Both the position numbers and the translations under genes were made by a program. A stretch of 64,000 nt of DNA, taken from Okamejei kenojei. Its lineage: Eukaryota. The stretch is taken from positions 67,952,001 through 68,016,000 of the forward strand of contig CM069131.1 in the NCBI GenBank assembly GCA_035221665.1, in the 5' to 3' direction. The notes under the pieces were generated by a model. The model did no database searches, was not told where the DNA came from, and saw only the letters and a program-made list of their open reading frames with translations. Below, in pieces: positions 48,901 to 61,625 of the stretch (its first letter is position 1; each line of letters starts with the position of its first letter).

Positions 48901-51900
48901 CCACCGGAACCCACCATGGGCCCATCTTCAGGTGCGAGTCCGCTCTTGGATGACTCTGTCTGTCTTTCTCACTCCCTGAGGGCACAGCTCACTCTCTTTA
49001 ACTGTCTTGCTTGGGTGACCAAAGTGGGTCATTTGTTGTAACTATCTTTGCTTCTTGATCCTGTCTTCATCTTCTCTCCGGCAACCCACCACGGGCCCGT
49101 CTTCAGCTGTCTAATCCACTTGGACAGCACGCCCTACACGTTAACATCCTCGCTTGTGTTTCACCATCACAAACAGCTATCAGTTGTGATCCCATGTTCT
49201 TCTGTTTGGTCTGGCTGAGTCTTTTCCTCCTCATCATCATGGTGGTTTCTTTTGTTCAGTGTTGAATTGGTAATGGCTCCATCTTCAAGCAAAATGATGC
49301 ATCATTCCTGGAGATTCTGCCTTGCTTGCAGAGCCCTTTTCAGAGCCGGTCAGGCTATTTGACATCTTTCTTCTGGCTTTGCCCTGATGGTGAATCCAAT
49401 GACACTGCAAAGAAGAGTCCAGCTTGGTTCCCCACCAACATTAGCTCCAGCTGCTTCTGGTCAGTTGTGATTGCCTTGGTTTTCCCAGAGACAATCCGTA
49501 GTTGGGTTCTGATGCTGCTGTTTCTCCATGTATGTTTTCTGCTCGGTCATTTCCACTTCCTTTTGCCTAGTGTTGACTTGGGACGTGGTGTTTGTCCTCG
49601 GACAAAGGATCGGCTTCATTACCAGAGATCCCTTGACTTTCAGGTGTCACTTTCAGCATTTATTGTACCCACCATTGCCCACATGCTCCTCTTCTTTATC
49701 TTCTCTCCGACACCCACCGTGGGCCCGTCCTCAGCCGCCAAGTCCTCACTTGGACGGCATTGTCGGCCTTTCTCACCCCTCGACAGCCCACCTCACTCCC
49801 TTTTAACAGCCTTTAACAATTCAATCAAAGAATGACCTATTCCTCACTTTGTCATTGCAGCTAGATAGATTAATTATTACTCTTTTCTACCCAGCCTGAA
49901 TATCAAATACTGGTCTGAATTACACTTGCAGGTTCGTAAGTATGCAAATAGAGAAATAAGGCATCCAGACAAAATAAAATGTAAATTGCAGCTCTCGCTG
50001 TTGCCTCTTTAAAATGACACCTCAGCAACCCGGACAATTGTGTTCTTTCCAGGTTCAAGAACATCTTCCCATCAACCATCAGTTTGTTGAAACACATTGC
50101 ACCAGCAACACATTTCAGAACTGAAAGAACATTTCTACTCACTTTTGCATTATGTTCATTATTTGGATATCGTCTTCATCTTAATTGCCGAAGCTCAATT
50201 AAACAGAATGCATCGATCAACCACTTGGCTGTTAGATTTCAAAGAACCTCAACCTCCTCTATCATTGGCAACTAACATTGGCACTTGCTCCTCTCCGACT
50301 TCCGGCACCCACCGAGGGCCCTTCTTCGTCCAACCTCCGTAACCCACTATGGGCCCGTCTTCAGCTGCCGTGTAATCTCTTGGATGGCTCCATCCCTCTT
50401 CCTCAATCCCTGAGGGCTTAGCTCACTCTTTAACTGTCTTGCTGGGGTTATGAAAATAAGTCATTTGTCGTAAACTACCTTTAGCTTCTTGATACTCTTC
50501 TTCATCTTCTCCCTGGGACCCATCACGTGCCTGTCTTCAGCTGCCTTATCCTCTCTTGGACAGCACACCTTGCTCTCTTTAACATCCTCGCTTGTGTTTT
50601 CCCACCGTCAAGCAGAGTCAGTTGTGATGCTCATGACACCTGTTTGGTCCTGGATGGCTCTTTTCCTCCTCGTCATCACTGGTGCTTTTTTAGTTCGGTA
50701 TTGAATTGGTGATGGCTCCATCTTAGGTAAAAAAGATGCGTTGTTCTCAGAGATTCTGCCTTGTAGCAGAGTCCCTCCCAGAGCTGGTCAGGCTATTTGC
50801 CATTTTTCTTCTGAATTTGCCGTGATGGTGAATCCAATGACACTGCAAAGAGGAGACCAGCTTGGTTCCCCATCAACGTTAGCTCCAGCTACGTTCTCTG
50901 GTCAGTTGTGATGCCTTGGTTTTCCAAGTGACAATCCATGGTAGGGTTCTGATGTTCCTGTTCCTCCCCTGTATGTTCCTTCCTCATTTTGTCCAGTGTT
51001 GGACTTGGGTGTGGGTTCTGTTTGTGACAAAGATAGGCTTCATTACCAGAGATCCCTTGGGCATTCAGGTGTAGCGTTCTGCATTTGTCGTAACTATCAG
51101 TGGCCACTCGTTTCTCTCCGACCTCCGGCACCCACCGAGGGTCCATCATGAGCTGCCGAGTAATCTCTTGGACGGCTCCATCCGTCTTCCTCGCTCCTTG
51201 AGGACCTAGCTCGCTCTTTAAAACCGTCTCGCTTGGGTGATGAAAGTTAGGTCATTTGTCGTAAGTATCTTTGCATCTTGAGCCTGTTTCTTCATCCTCA
51301 CCCTGGCACCCAACGAGGACACGTCTAACCTCCGACACTCACCACGGGACCATCTTCAGCTCCCGTATCCTCTCTTGGACAGCACACCATGCTCTCTTAA
51401 ACATTCCTCGCTTGTGTTTCCCACAAACAAGCAGCGTCAGTTATGATGCCTCATGCTCTCCTGTTTGCTCCTGACCTGGTCTATTCCTCCTCATCATCAC
51501 TGGTGCTTTCTTTTATTCAGTGTTGAATTGGTGATAGCTCCATCTTCACTCGAAAAGATGCATCGATTACTAGAGTTTCCTAGAGTCCTTCCAGAGTTGG
51601 TCAGGCTATTTGACATCTTTCTTCTGGCTTTGCCCTGATGGTGAATCCAATGGCCACTGAAAAGAGTCCAGCTTGGTTCTCAATCACCGTTAGCTCCAGC
51701 TATTTCTGGTCAGTTGTGATTCCCTTGGTTTTCAAAGGGGCAAATCCGTGGCAGGGTTCCGATGCTGCTGTTCCTCAATGTATGTTCCTTCTTTCTTTTG
51801 TCGAGTGTTGACTTGGGTGTGGGTTCTGTCCTGTGACGAGGATAGTCTTCATTTCCAGAGATCCTTGTCCTTCAGGGTGTCGCGTTCTGCAATTGTCGTT

Positions 51901-54900
51901 ACTATTGGCACTCGCTCCTCTTCATCTTCTCTCCGAACCTCTGGCACCCACGAGGGCCCATCTGCATCCAACCTTCCGGAATCCACCATCTGTCTTCCTC
52001 GCTCCCTGAGGACTCAGCTCACTCTTTAACCGTCTCGCTTGGGTGATGAAACTGGGTCATTTGTCGTAACTCTTTGCCTCCTGCTTCTCTGTCATCTTCT
52101 TTCTGGCACCTACTCTGGGCGCATCACTCCTCCGGCACCCACCGGGCCCCGTCTTCAGCTGCCGATTCATCGCTTGGACGACATACATTGCGCTCTTCAA
52201 CATCCTTGCTTGTGCTCCCCACCAACAAGCAGCGTCAGTTTTGTGATGTTCATGAAAATCCTGTTTGGTCCTGGATGGGTCTTTTCCAATTCGTCATCAC
52301 TGCTGTTTTCTTTAGTTCGGTTGTTGAATTGGTGATGGCTCCATTCTTAGGTAAAAAAGATGCATTATTTCCAGAGATTCTGCCTTGCTAGCAGAGTCCT
52401 CCAGAGCTTGTCAGGCTATTTGCCATTTTTCTTCTGGCTTTGGCCCTGAAGGCGAATCCAATGACACTGCATAAGAGGGAGTCCCGCTTGGTTCTCAATC
52501 ATCGTTAGCTCCAGCTACTTCTGGTCAGTAGTGATGCCTTGGTTTTCCAGTGACAATCCATGGTAGAGTTCTGATGCTCCTCCTATCCTCCCATGTATGT
52601 TCCTTCCACATTTTGTCCAGTGTTGATTTGGTTGTGGTTCTGTCCTGTGACAAGGATAGGCTCATTACCAGAGATCCCTTGGCTTTCAGGTGTCGCATTC
52701 TGCATTTGTCGTATCTACCATTGGCAGATGCTCCTGTTCGTCTTCTCTCCGACCTCCGGCACCCACAAGAGGGTCCGTCTTCGTCCAACGTCCAGAACCC
52801 ACCGCGGGCCCGTCTTCAGCTGCTGAATCCTCTCTTGGATGGCACACCTTGCTTACTTTAACTTCTCGCTTGTGTTTCCCACCAACAGGCAGGTCTCAGT
52901 TTGATGCTCATGTTCTCTGTTGTGAAGTCTGGCTGGGTCTTTTCCTCCTCCTCGTCATCACTGGTGTTTTTTTAAAATTCAGTGTTGAATTGCTCATGGT
53001 CCCAACTTCAGTCAAAAAATGATGCGTCAATATTCCTGGAGTTCTTCCAGAGTTGGTCAGGCTATTTGACAATCTTTCTTCTGCAGTTGCGCTGATGGTG
53101 AATCCAATGACACTGCAAAGGGAAGAGCAGCTTGGTTCTCAATCATCGTTAGCTCCGGCTGCTTCTGTCTTTCACGGTGTCGCGTTCTGACCCGTTTTTT
53201 CATTTGTCGTAACTTACTATTGGCGCTTGCTCTCTTCGTCTTCTCTCCGACTACCGGAAACCCACCATGGGCCCATCTTCAGGTGCCGAGTCTGCTCTGG
53301 ATGGCTATGTCTGTCTTCCTCGCTCCCTGAGGGCACAGCTCACTCTCTTTAACCGTCTTGCTTGGGTGACGAAAGTGGGACATTTGTTGTAACTATCTTT
53401 GCTTCTTGATCCTCCTCTTCATCTTCTCGGGGTCCGTCTTCAGCTGTCTAATCCACTTGGACAGCACACCTTACACTTTAACATCCTCGCTTGTGTTTCA
53501 CCATCAACAAACAGCATCAGTTGTGATGTTCTTGTTTCTCCTGTTTGGTCCTGGCTGAGTCTTTTCCTCCTCGTATCACTGGTGGTTTCTTTTGTTCAGT
53601 GTTGAATTGGTAATGCTCCATCTTCAAGCACATAGATGCATCATTCCTGGAGATTCTTGCCTTGCTTGCAGAGCCCTTTCAGAGCTGGTCAGGCTATTTG
53701 ACATCTTCTTCTGGCTTTGGCCCTGATGGTGAATCCAATGCCACTGCAAAGAAGAGTCCAGCTTGGTTTCCCCATCTACATTAAGACTCAGCTGCTTCTG
53801 GTCAGTTGTGATGCCTTGGTTTTCCCAGGCAATCCGTAGTTGGGTTCTGATGCTGCTCGTTTCTCCCATGTTGTTTTGTCTGCTCGTCATTTCCGCTTCC
53901 TTTTGCCTAGTGTTGACTTGGATGTTGGGGTTTGTCCTCTGACAAGGATCGGCCTTTCATTACCAGAGATCCCTTGACTTCATCAGGTGTCACTTTCAGC
54001 ATTTATTGTACCACCATTGCCGACATGCTCCTCTTCTTTATCTTCTCTCCGACACCCACGTGGGCCCGTCCTCAGCCGCCAAGTCCTCACTTGGACGGCA
54101 TATTGTCGGCCCTTCGACCTTTCCTAGACGTCAGACCCACCTCACTCCCGTTTAACAGCCTTTTAACAAAAATTTCAAAATCAAAGAAAAGAATAGAAAA
54201 GACCTATTCCTCACCTTTGCATTGCAGGGCTAGATAAGATTAATTATCACTCTTTGCTACCCAGCCTGAATATCAAATACTGGTCAGAATTACACTTGCC
54301 GTTCGGGTTCGCAAGCAAGCAAATAGAGAAATAAGGCATCCAGACAAAATAAAATGCAAATTGCAGCTCTCGCTGGTGCCTCTTAAAAAGGACACTCAGC
54401 AACCCGACTATTGTTCTTTCCAGGTTTCAAGAACATCTTCCCATCAACCATCAGTTTGTTGAACCACATTGCAGCAGCAACACATTTCAGACCCAAAAGC
54501 ACATTTCTACTCAACTTTTTGCATTATGTTCATTTATTTGGGATCGTCTTCTTCATCATTACATGAATAGCCGAAGCACTCTCAATTAAACAGAATGCAT
54601 TCTGTCAACCACTTGGCGTTAGATTCAAAGAACCTCAATAAACCCTTAAACCGCTCTATATCTGCTTCCATGTTCCGCGCATTTTGCAAGTAACATTATA
54701 GCAATTGTCTTCTTCGTCTTCTTCTCCGACCTGTGGCACCCACTGAGGGCCCGTCATGAGTGCGAGTAATCTCTCTTGGGAACGGCTCCTCCGTCTTCCT
54801 CACTCCCTGAGTGGCCCATGTCACTCTTTGCACCGTCTCGCTTGTTGGGTGATGAAAGTAGGTGATTTGTCATAACTATCTTTGCGTCTTCATCCTCACC

Positions 54901-57900
54901 CTGGCTCCCACCGCGGTGCCCGTCTAACCTCCTGGGCACCCACCGCTGGGCCCGTCTTCAGCTGCTGTATCCTCTCTTGGAACAGACACACCATGCTCTC
55001 TTTAACATCCTCGCTTGTGTTTTCCCACCAACAAGCAGCATCATTAGTTATGATGTCGTGCTCTCCTGTTTGCTCCTTGCCTGGTCCTTTTCCTCTTCAT
55101 CATCACTGGTGCTTTCTTTTATTCAGTTGGTGAATTGATGATGGCTCCACTCCGAGATGCATCAATTCCTAGAGATTCCTAGAGTCCTTCCAGAGTTGGG
55201 TCCGGCTATTTGGACATCTTTCGTCTGGCTTTGCGATGTGAATCCAATGACACTGCAAAGAGTCCAGCTTGGTCTCATTCGCTCGTCAGCTCCAGTACTT
55301 TCTGGTCAGTTGTGATTCCCTTTGGTTTTCAAAGGGACAATCAGTGGTAGGGTTTCTGATGCTGCTAATGTATGTTCCTTCTTTCTTTTGTTCGCGAGTG
55401 TTGACTTGGGGGTGGGTTCTGTCCTTTGAGAGGAAGGTTCATTCCCAGAGATCCTTGTCTTTCAGGTGTCGATTTTGCTATTGTCGGTAATTACGTATTG
55501 CCACTTGCTCCCCTTCATCTTCACTCGACCTCGGCACCCGAGGGCCCCTCTTCATCATCCGCGGAATCCACTGGAGGGACCAGCTTCAGCTTGCGTGTCC
55601 TCTTTTGGACGGGGGCCATCGTCTTCCTCGCTCCCTGAGGGCCTCGCTGCTCAATCTGTTACACCGTCCTCACTTGGGTGTTTTGAAAAGTGGGTCATTG
55701 CGAGTCGTTCACTCTTTGCCGCCTGCTCCTCTTCTCTTCTTGCCGACACCCACCGTGGGCCATCACTCCTCCGGCACCACCGGGGGGGCCCGTCTTTAGC
55801 TGTTGTTTCTTCTCTTGGGGATGGACACACCTTACGCTCTTCAACATCCTTGCTTGTGTTCCTCACCAACAAGCAGCATCAGTTGTGACTGCTCATTAAC
55901 TCGGTTTGCTCTGGATGGGTCTTTTCCTCTCGTCAGCATGGTGCTTTTCTTTAGTGCGGTACTGTGAATTGGTGATGTGCTCCATCTTAGGTCGAAAAGA
56001 TGCATTATTCTCCCGGAGATTCTGATCCTTGCTTAGCAGAGTCCTCCAGAGCTGGTTCAGGGCTTATATGCACTGTTTCTTCTGCTTTGCCTATGGGAAT
56101 CAATAACACTCGCAAAGAGAGTACAGCTTGGTTTTCAATCATCGTTAGTCCATGCTACATCTGTCAGCTGTGACGGCCTATTGGTTTTCCTAGTGACAAG
56201 CCATGGTAGGGTCTGTATGATCCTGTCTTCCCTGCATGTGTTTCCTTTCTCATTTTGTCCATTGTGACTTGGGGGGGGTTTGTCTGGTGACAAGATAGGC
56301 TGTATGTACCGGAGATCCTTGGGCTCTCGGTGTCGTGTTCTGCATTTGTCGTAACTACGCAATTGGCACTTGTCAACTATTCGTCTTCTCTACCAACCTC
56401 TCCGACACCCTCCGAGGGCCCATCTTCGCTAGCTTGCGAGTACGTCTCTTGGTTGGATCCATCCATCTTCTCACTCCTGTTGGGCCCAGCTCACTCTCTT
56501 TATCCGCTGCTTGGGTGCGAAAGTGGGTCATTTGTCATCGCTATCTTCCTCCCCTCTGCTAATTTGCTCCTCTTCTTTTACTCTGTCCCTGCACCCACCG
56601 CGCGTGAAGGTCCACCCTCCGACACCACGCGGCCCATCTTCAGCTCCGAATCCTCTCTTGGCGGGACCACCCTTGATCTCTTTAACTTCATTCGCTTGTG
56701 TTTCCAGCATCAAGCGCATTCAATTATGATGCTCATTGCTCTCTGCTCTGGGGCCTGGCGGGTCTTTTCCTCATCATCACTGGTATTTCATTTTGTTTAT
56801 TGTTAATTGCTGATGGCTCCTTCTTCAGTCCAAAGATACATCTGTCCTGGAGATTCTGCCTTGCTCGTAGAGTCCTCCAGAGCAGGACAGGCTAGTGACA
56901 TATTTCTTTGGCTTTGCCCTTTGTTGAATCCACAATGACACTGCAAGATGAGGAGTTCTCAGCTTGGTTTCAATCATCGCGTTAGCTCCAGCTACTTTGG
57001 TCAGTTGTGGATGCTTGGATTCCAGTTACAATCATGGTAGAGTTCTGATGACTCTGTTTTCCTTTGTATGTTCTTCCATTTTATATCAGTTGTTGACTTT
57101 GTGTGTGTGGTGGTTTGGTGACAAGGATAGGCTTCATTACCAGAGATTTCTTGGCTTTCAGGTGGTGTGCATTCTGCATTGTGTCGTAATTACCATTGGC
57201 AGTTGCTCCTCTTCCATTTCTCTACCGTCATCCGGCACCCACCGTGGGCCCGTCTTCCTCAAACCTCCGGAACCCACCACGGGCCCGCCGTCTTCAGCTG
57301 CTGTATCCTCTCTTGGACGGCACACCTTGCTCACTTTAATTCCTCACGTATGAGTTTCCCACCAACAAACAGTGTCTGTTATGATGCTCATGCTCTCCTG
57401 TGAAGTCCTTGCTGGGTCTTTTAGCCTCTCGTCATCTACTGGTGTTTCATTTGATCGCGTTGTTGAATTGCTGATGTTTGATGTTGTCAAAACAATTGCA
57501 TCTCATCTCCTGGAGTTCTTCCAGAGTTGGTTAAGGCTATTTGACATCTTTCTTCTGACTCTTTGCCCTGATGGTGAATCCAATGACACTGCAAAAGAGG
57601 AAGAGGAGACCAGCTTGGTTGTCAATCATCATTAGCTCCAGCTACTGGATCTGGTCTAGTTGTGATTGATGCCTTGGTTTTCCAAGACAGACAATCCGTG
57701 GTAGGGTTCTGATGCTCCTGTTCCTCAATTGTATGTTACTTCTTTCTTTTATCCAGTGTTGACGAGGGTGTGGGTTCTGTACTGTGACAAAAGATAGGGC
57801 ATCATTACCAGAGATCTCTTGTCTTTCAGATGTCGCGCGTTCTGCATTTTGTCGTAACTACTATTTGGCACTTGCTCTCTTTGTCTTCTCTCCGACCCAC

Positions 57901-59330
57901 CAGGAAGATAACCCACCATGGGCCCGTTCTTTAGCTGGCCGAGTCCACTCTTGGGACGGCTCGGCTCTATCCGTCTTTCCTCGCTCCCTAAGGGCACAGC
58001 TCACTTCTCTTTAAACCGTCTTGCCTTGGGGTGACCAAAGTGGGTCATTTGTCGTAATAAAATATCTTTACTTCTGGATCCTCTTCTTCATCTTCTCTCC
58101 TGGCACCCAACGGCCACCAACACGGGTCGTCTTCAGCTGTCGAACCCACTTGGACGGCACAACACCTTACTCTCTTGAACATCCTCGCTTGTGTTTCCCA
58201 CAAACTAACAAACAGCGTCAGTTGTGATGCTCATGTTCTCTGTTTGGTCCTGGCTGAGTCTTTTCCTCCTCGTCATCACTGGTGGTTTCTTTTGTTCAGT
58301 AGTTGAATTGGTGATGGCTCCATCTTCAAGCAAATAGATGCATCTTTTCCTGGAGATTCTGCCTTGCTAGCAGAGCCCTTTCAGAATTTCGGTTGTCAGT
58401 CTATTTGATATCTTTCTTCTTTCTTTGCCCTGCTGTTGAATGCAATGACACTGCAAAGAAGAGTCCAGCTTGGTTCCCATCGGCGTTAGCTCCAGCTACT
58501 TCTTGTCAGTTGCAATGTCTTGGTTTTCCCAAGGACAATCTTGTGTTGGGGTTCTGATGCTGCTGTTCCTCAAATGTATGTTTCCTGCTTGTTCATTTCC
58601 TCCTCTTTTTGTCTAATGTTGACTTGGATGTGGTGTTTTTCCTTTGACAAGGATAGGCGTCATTACCAGAGATCCCTTGACTTTCAGGTGCACTTTCAGC
58701 ATTTATTGTACCTGCGATTGCCACACGCTCCACTTCTTTATCTTCTCTCCGACACCCACGGTGGGCCTGTCCTCAGACGCCAAGTCCTCTATTGGACGGC
58801 ATTGTCGTCCTTTCTCACCCCTCGACAGCCCACCTCACTCCCTTAAACAGCCTTTAACAATTCAATGAAAAAATGACCTATTCCTCACTCTGCATTGCAG
58901 CTGGATAGATTAATTATCACTCTTTCTACCCAGCCTGAAGTTCAAATACTGGTCTGATTTACTCTTGCAGGGTTCGTAAGTAAGCGAATAGAGAAATAAG
59001 GCATCCCGACAAAATAAGATGTAAATTGCAGCTCTTGCTGTTCCCTCTTAAGACACTCAGCAACCCGGACAATCGTTCTTTTCCAGATTCAAGAACATCT
59101 TCCCATCAAGCACCAGTTTGTTGAACCACATTGTGCCAGCGGACACATTTCAGAACCGAAAGCACATTTCTTCTCACTTTTGCATTTGTGCATTATTTGG
59201 ATAGTTTTTCATCTTAATAGCGAAAGCACTCTCAATTAGAAAGAATTTGCATCTTGTCAACCACTTGGCTATTAGATTTTCAAAGAAACTCAACCTCCTC
59301 TATCTTCTCTGCTTCATGTTCCCGCGCTTT
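36970..59330. repeat. Hierarchical tandem array: ~26 monomers of ~0.5-0.86 kb in five blocks closed by ~450-bp spacers
   Basis: Marker gtgttgaattggtgatggctccatctt counted 26 times by eye, e.g. 45315, 46138, 46993, 47823, 48485, 49259; spacers start at ~40263, 44419, 49801, 54151 and 58843. Confidence 0.95.
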
Positions 59331-60056
59331 TAAGGTCAAGCTCATCTTGGGGCGACAGTTCTCTCTAACAACTCCTGCATGTCTTCCAACTCACCTCTTC
59401 ACAACCTACTTTCTAAGCCAAACTCAACCTTTTCTTCTGGTTTTACATAGTCCATTTACCAAAACCCTAAAACCTCTCAGGTCAGGCACTAGATATAGGC
59501 ACAGTTTTTTATCAAACACCATTCACACACCAACCGTGTCCCATGAATCGCGAGCAAGTATTATGAAGTCTCTAATGTTAAGATTTCCAGAAAATCTTTA
59601 ACAGTCATTTTACCAATCACCAGTAGCCTTCATTACAGCATCAAATGTTTTGTTGAGATAATAAAAATTAAACATGCTAATCACACCCCGATCCATAAGT
59701 TGGAGGAGGGATGTAGTGTTCAGTAAAAGATAAACTTGAAAATTTCTGTTCCTGCCACTTTTACGTTGTCACAATGCCATTTACTAATAAATTATGACAC
59801 ATGCTACAAAGTCTGAAACATCAATTTTTCATCTGAACTATACTTGCATGATTCTTAATTAAGCATTAAAATAAGAAATAGGACATCTAGACATAATAAA
59901 TGCAAAACAGCAGACTTAGGGAGACAATTCTCTCCGTGGACGGATCACGTTTTGCAGGATCACATACACAACCTGGCCAAGTAAGCTCACTGGCCTTCAG
60001 TTGAGTCTGACAGCTGAGCTCTGATAGCACTGATCTCATTCCTTCAGATAAATCTA

Positions 60057-61100
60057 CAGGGCTCTCGCTTAACTTTTTTTTCCCTGTTGCCATCCCGAGC
60101 AACCTTGGCAGCTATTTAGGTTGCCAAATGACAGTTTAGGTGGTCATTTAAGATGACTTGCATGACGCATGCGATAATGTGCTCGGATGAAGTGCGTAGT
60201 TACTAGTCAGGAAATTATACTCATTGAAGCATTCACATATTATTTCTGCTTCAAATAAAGTCACGAACTAAACATATTCATCAATCAAGACGTTAAATAT
60301 ACCACAATGACATGCAGCAAAATTATAAGATAGTATCTCAACTCTTTTTTACACATTGCAATTAATGCAATTTCTTTTAGTTCTTTCCACTTCCAAACAA
60401 AGATGTGCTTGGATTATTCCGCATATGATCAACCTGTGTCAACAAATCCTGGACCATAGTAACATATATGCGTACGTATAGTTGTGAATTTTCCTCATTA
60501 AATAACTTAAAAATATTAAAGAAAATGGGGGTGAGGGGTCGCTGCCTCCAACAAGCAATCAAATCATTATCGAATTCTGCGGAAAAAAGCAGCAATTGGA
60601 TCTGGATCAAAAGGGCTGCAAGATGAATACTGGAGGGTATAAAATTGAGGGGGGTGTAACTGGGGACGCCAAGTATCACCGTTTGAGCCCTCGGGAGATG
60701 TTGTGGGCTTATCAATGAAACGTCAAAGAAGGAGGGTGCCCACCTGATGACCTCAATGACGTACCTACCCTACTTTTCACCACTCAAATCCCACTGCAAA
60801 TAGCAAGAGTGCCGACTTTATTACAGGCATTGAAACAACAAGTCCTATTAGCTCTACTACAGTACTGATAATCCATATTAAGAGCATTGATTTGCCGTTA
60901 AAATTTAATTATGTAATAACGTGTCAACGGCAGCAGTGGACAATCGAACACTGTGGTTTTAATGTTTCACGTGTTCACAATTTAATTAATCCATCTTTAT
61001 GGATTTAAAACAAATAACAACATTGGGAATTAAAACACATTTGATTGCATTCCGTTATCAAACATAGTCAATGTTCGCTCTGAAGACATTTCCAGCACAA
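60057..61100. mobile_element. Possible non-autonomous hAT-like DNA transposon remnant
   Basis: Starts CAGGGCTC (hAT-like terminus); matching right TIR and TSD not found. Confidence 0.3.
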
Positions 61101-61129
61101 ATAGAGTCAGGATGAGGGTGTTTTTGTGT

Positions 61130-61625
61130 GTGAATCAGTGCGGGGTGGATAGATGGCGGGGCTGGGGGGTGGGGTTAGAAGGCAATCGGTGCGGAATGGA
61201 TGGATTGAGGCAGGTGAATTAGTAGTTGGTTGGACTAGGTAAAATTGTGAGGGGAGAGGACCAGGGATGCCAGTGGTGTTGAATGGCGGGGTTCAGTACG
61301 GGATGGTATGGGCGTAGACAAAAATGCTGGAGAAACTCAGCAGGTGAGGCGAGCATCTATGGAGCGAAGGAAATAGGCAACGTTTCGGGTCGAGACCCTT
61401 CTACAGACTGTCCACCCCATTCTTCATGAATGGGAGGATCAGTACAGGATGGATGGGGGAGGGGGGAGAGAGATCAGCGCAGGATGAATGGGGGGGGCGT
61501 CAGTACAGTGTGGAACGGAGGGGTCTGTGCAAGATGAATGGGGGATCACTACAGGATGAATGAGGGGAAGGGCGGGGGGGGGAAAGGTGCAGAGTAAAAT
61601 GGAGGGTGGGTCAGTACGGGATGAA
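61130..61625. repeat. Degenerate G-rich minisatellite (tcagtacaggatgaatggggg-like), interrupted by a hammerhead-family repeat at 61315-61410
   Basis: Repeated (g/a)tcagt(a/g)c(a/g)ggatgaatggg units. Confidence 0.7.

Noticed and set aside
49332-49347. Histone stem-loop-like agcccttttcagagcc
   Set aside because: The stem does not pair fully, it is not conserved in other monomers, and there is no histone ORF
37000-58900. Many hydrophobic plus-strand ORFs resembling membrane proteins
   Set aside because: By-product of the pyrimidine-rich strand of the array; frames differ between copies and no domain is recognisable
36970-59330. CRISPR-like or prokaryotic repeat system
   Set aside because: Sequence between recurrent motifs is itself repeated rather than unique, units are hundreds of bp, there are no cas-like genes, and the context is vertebrate
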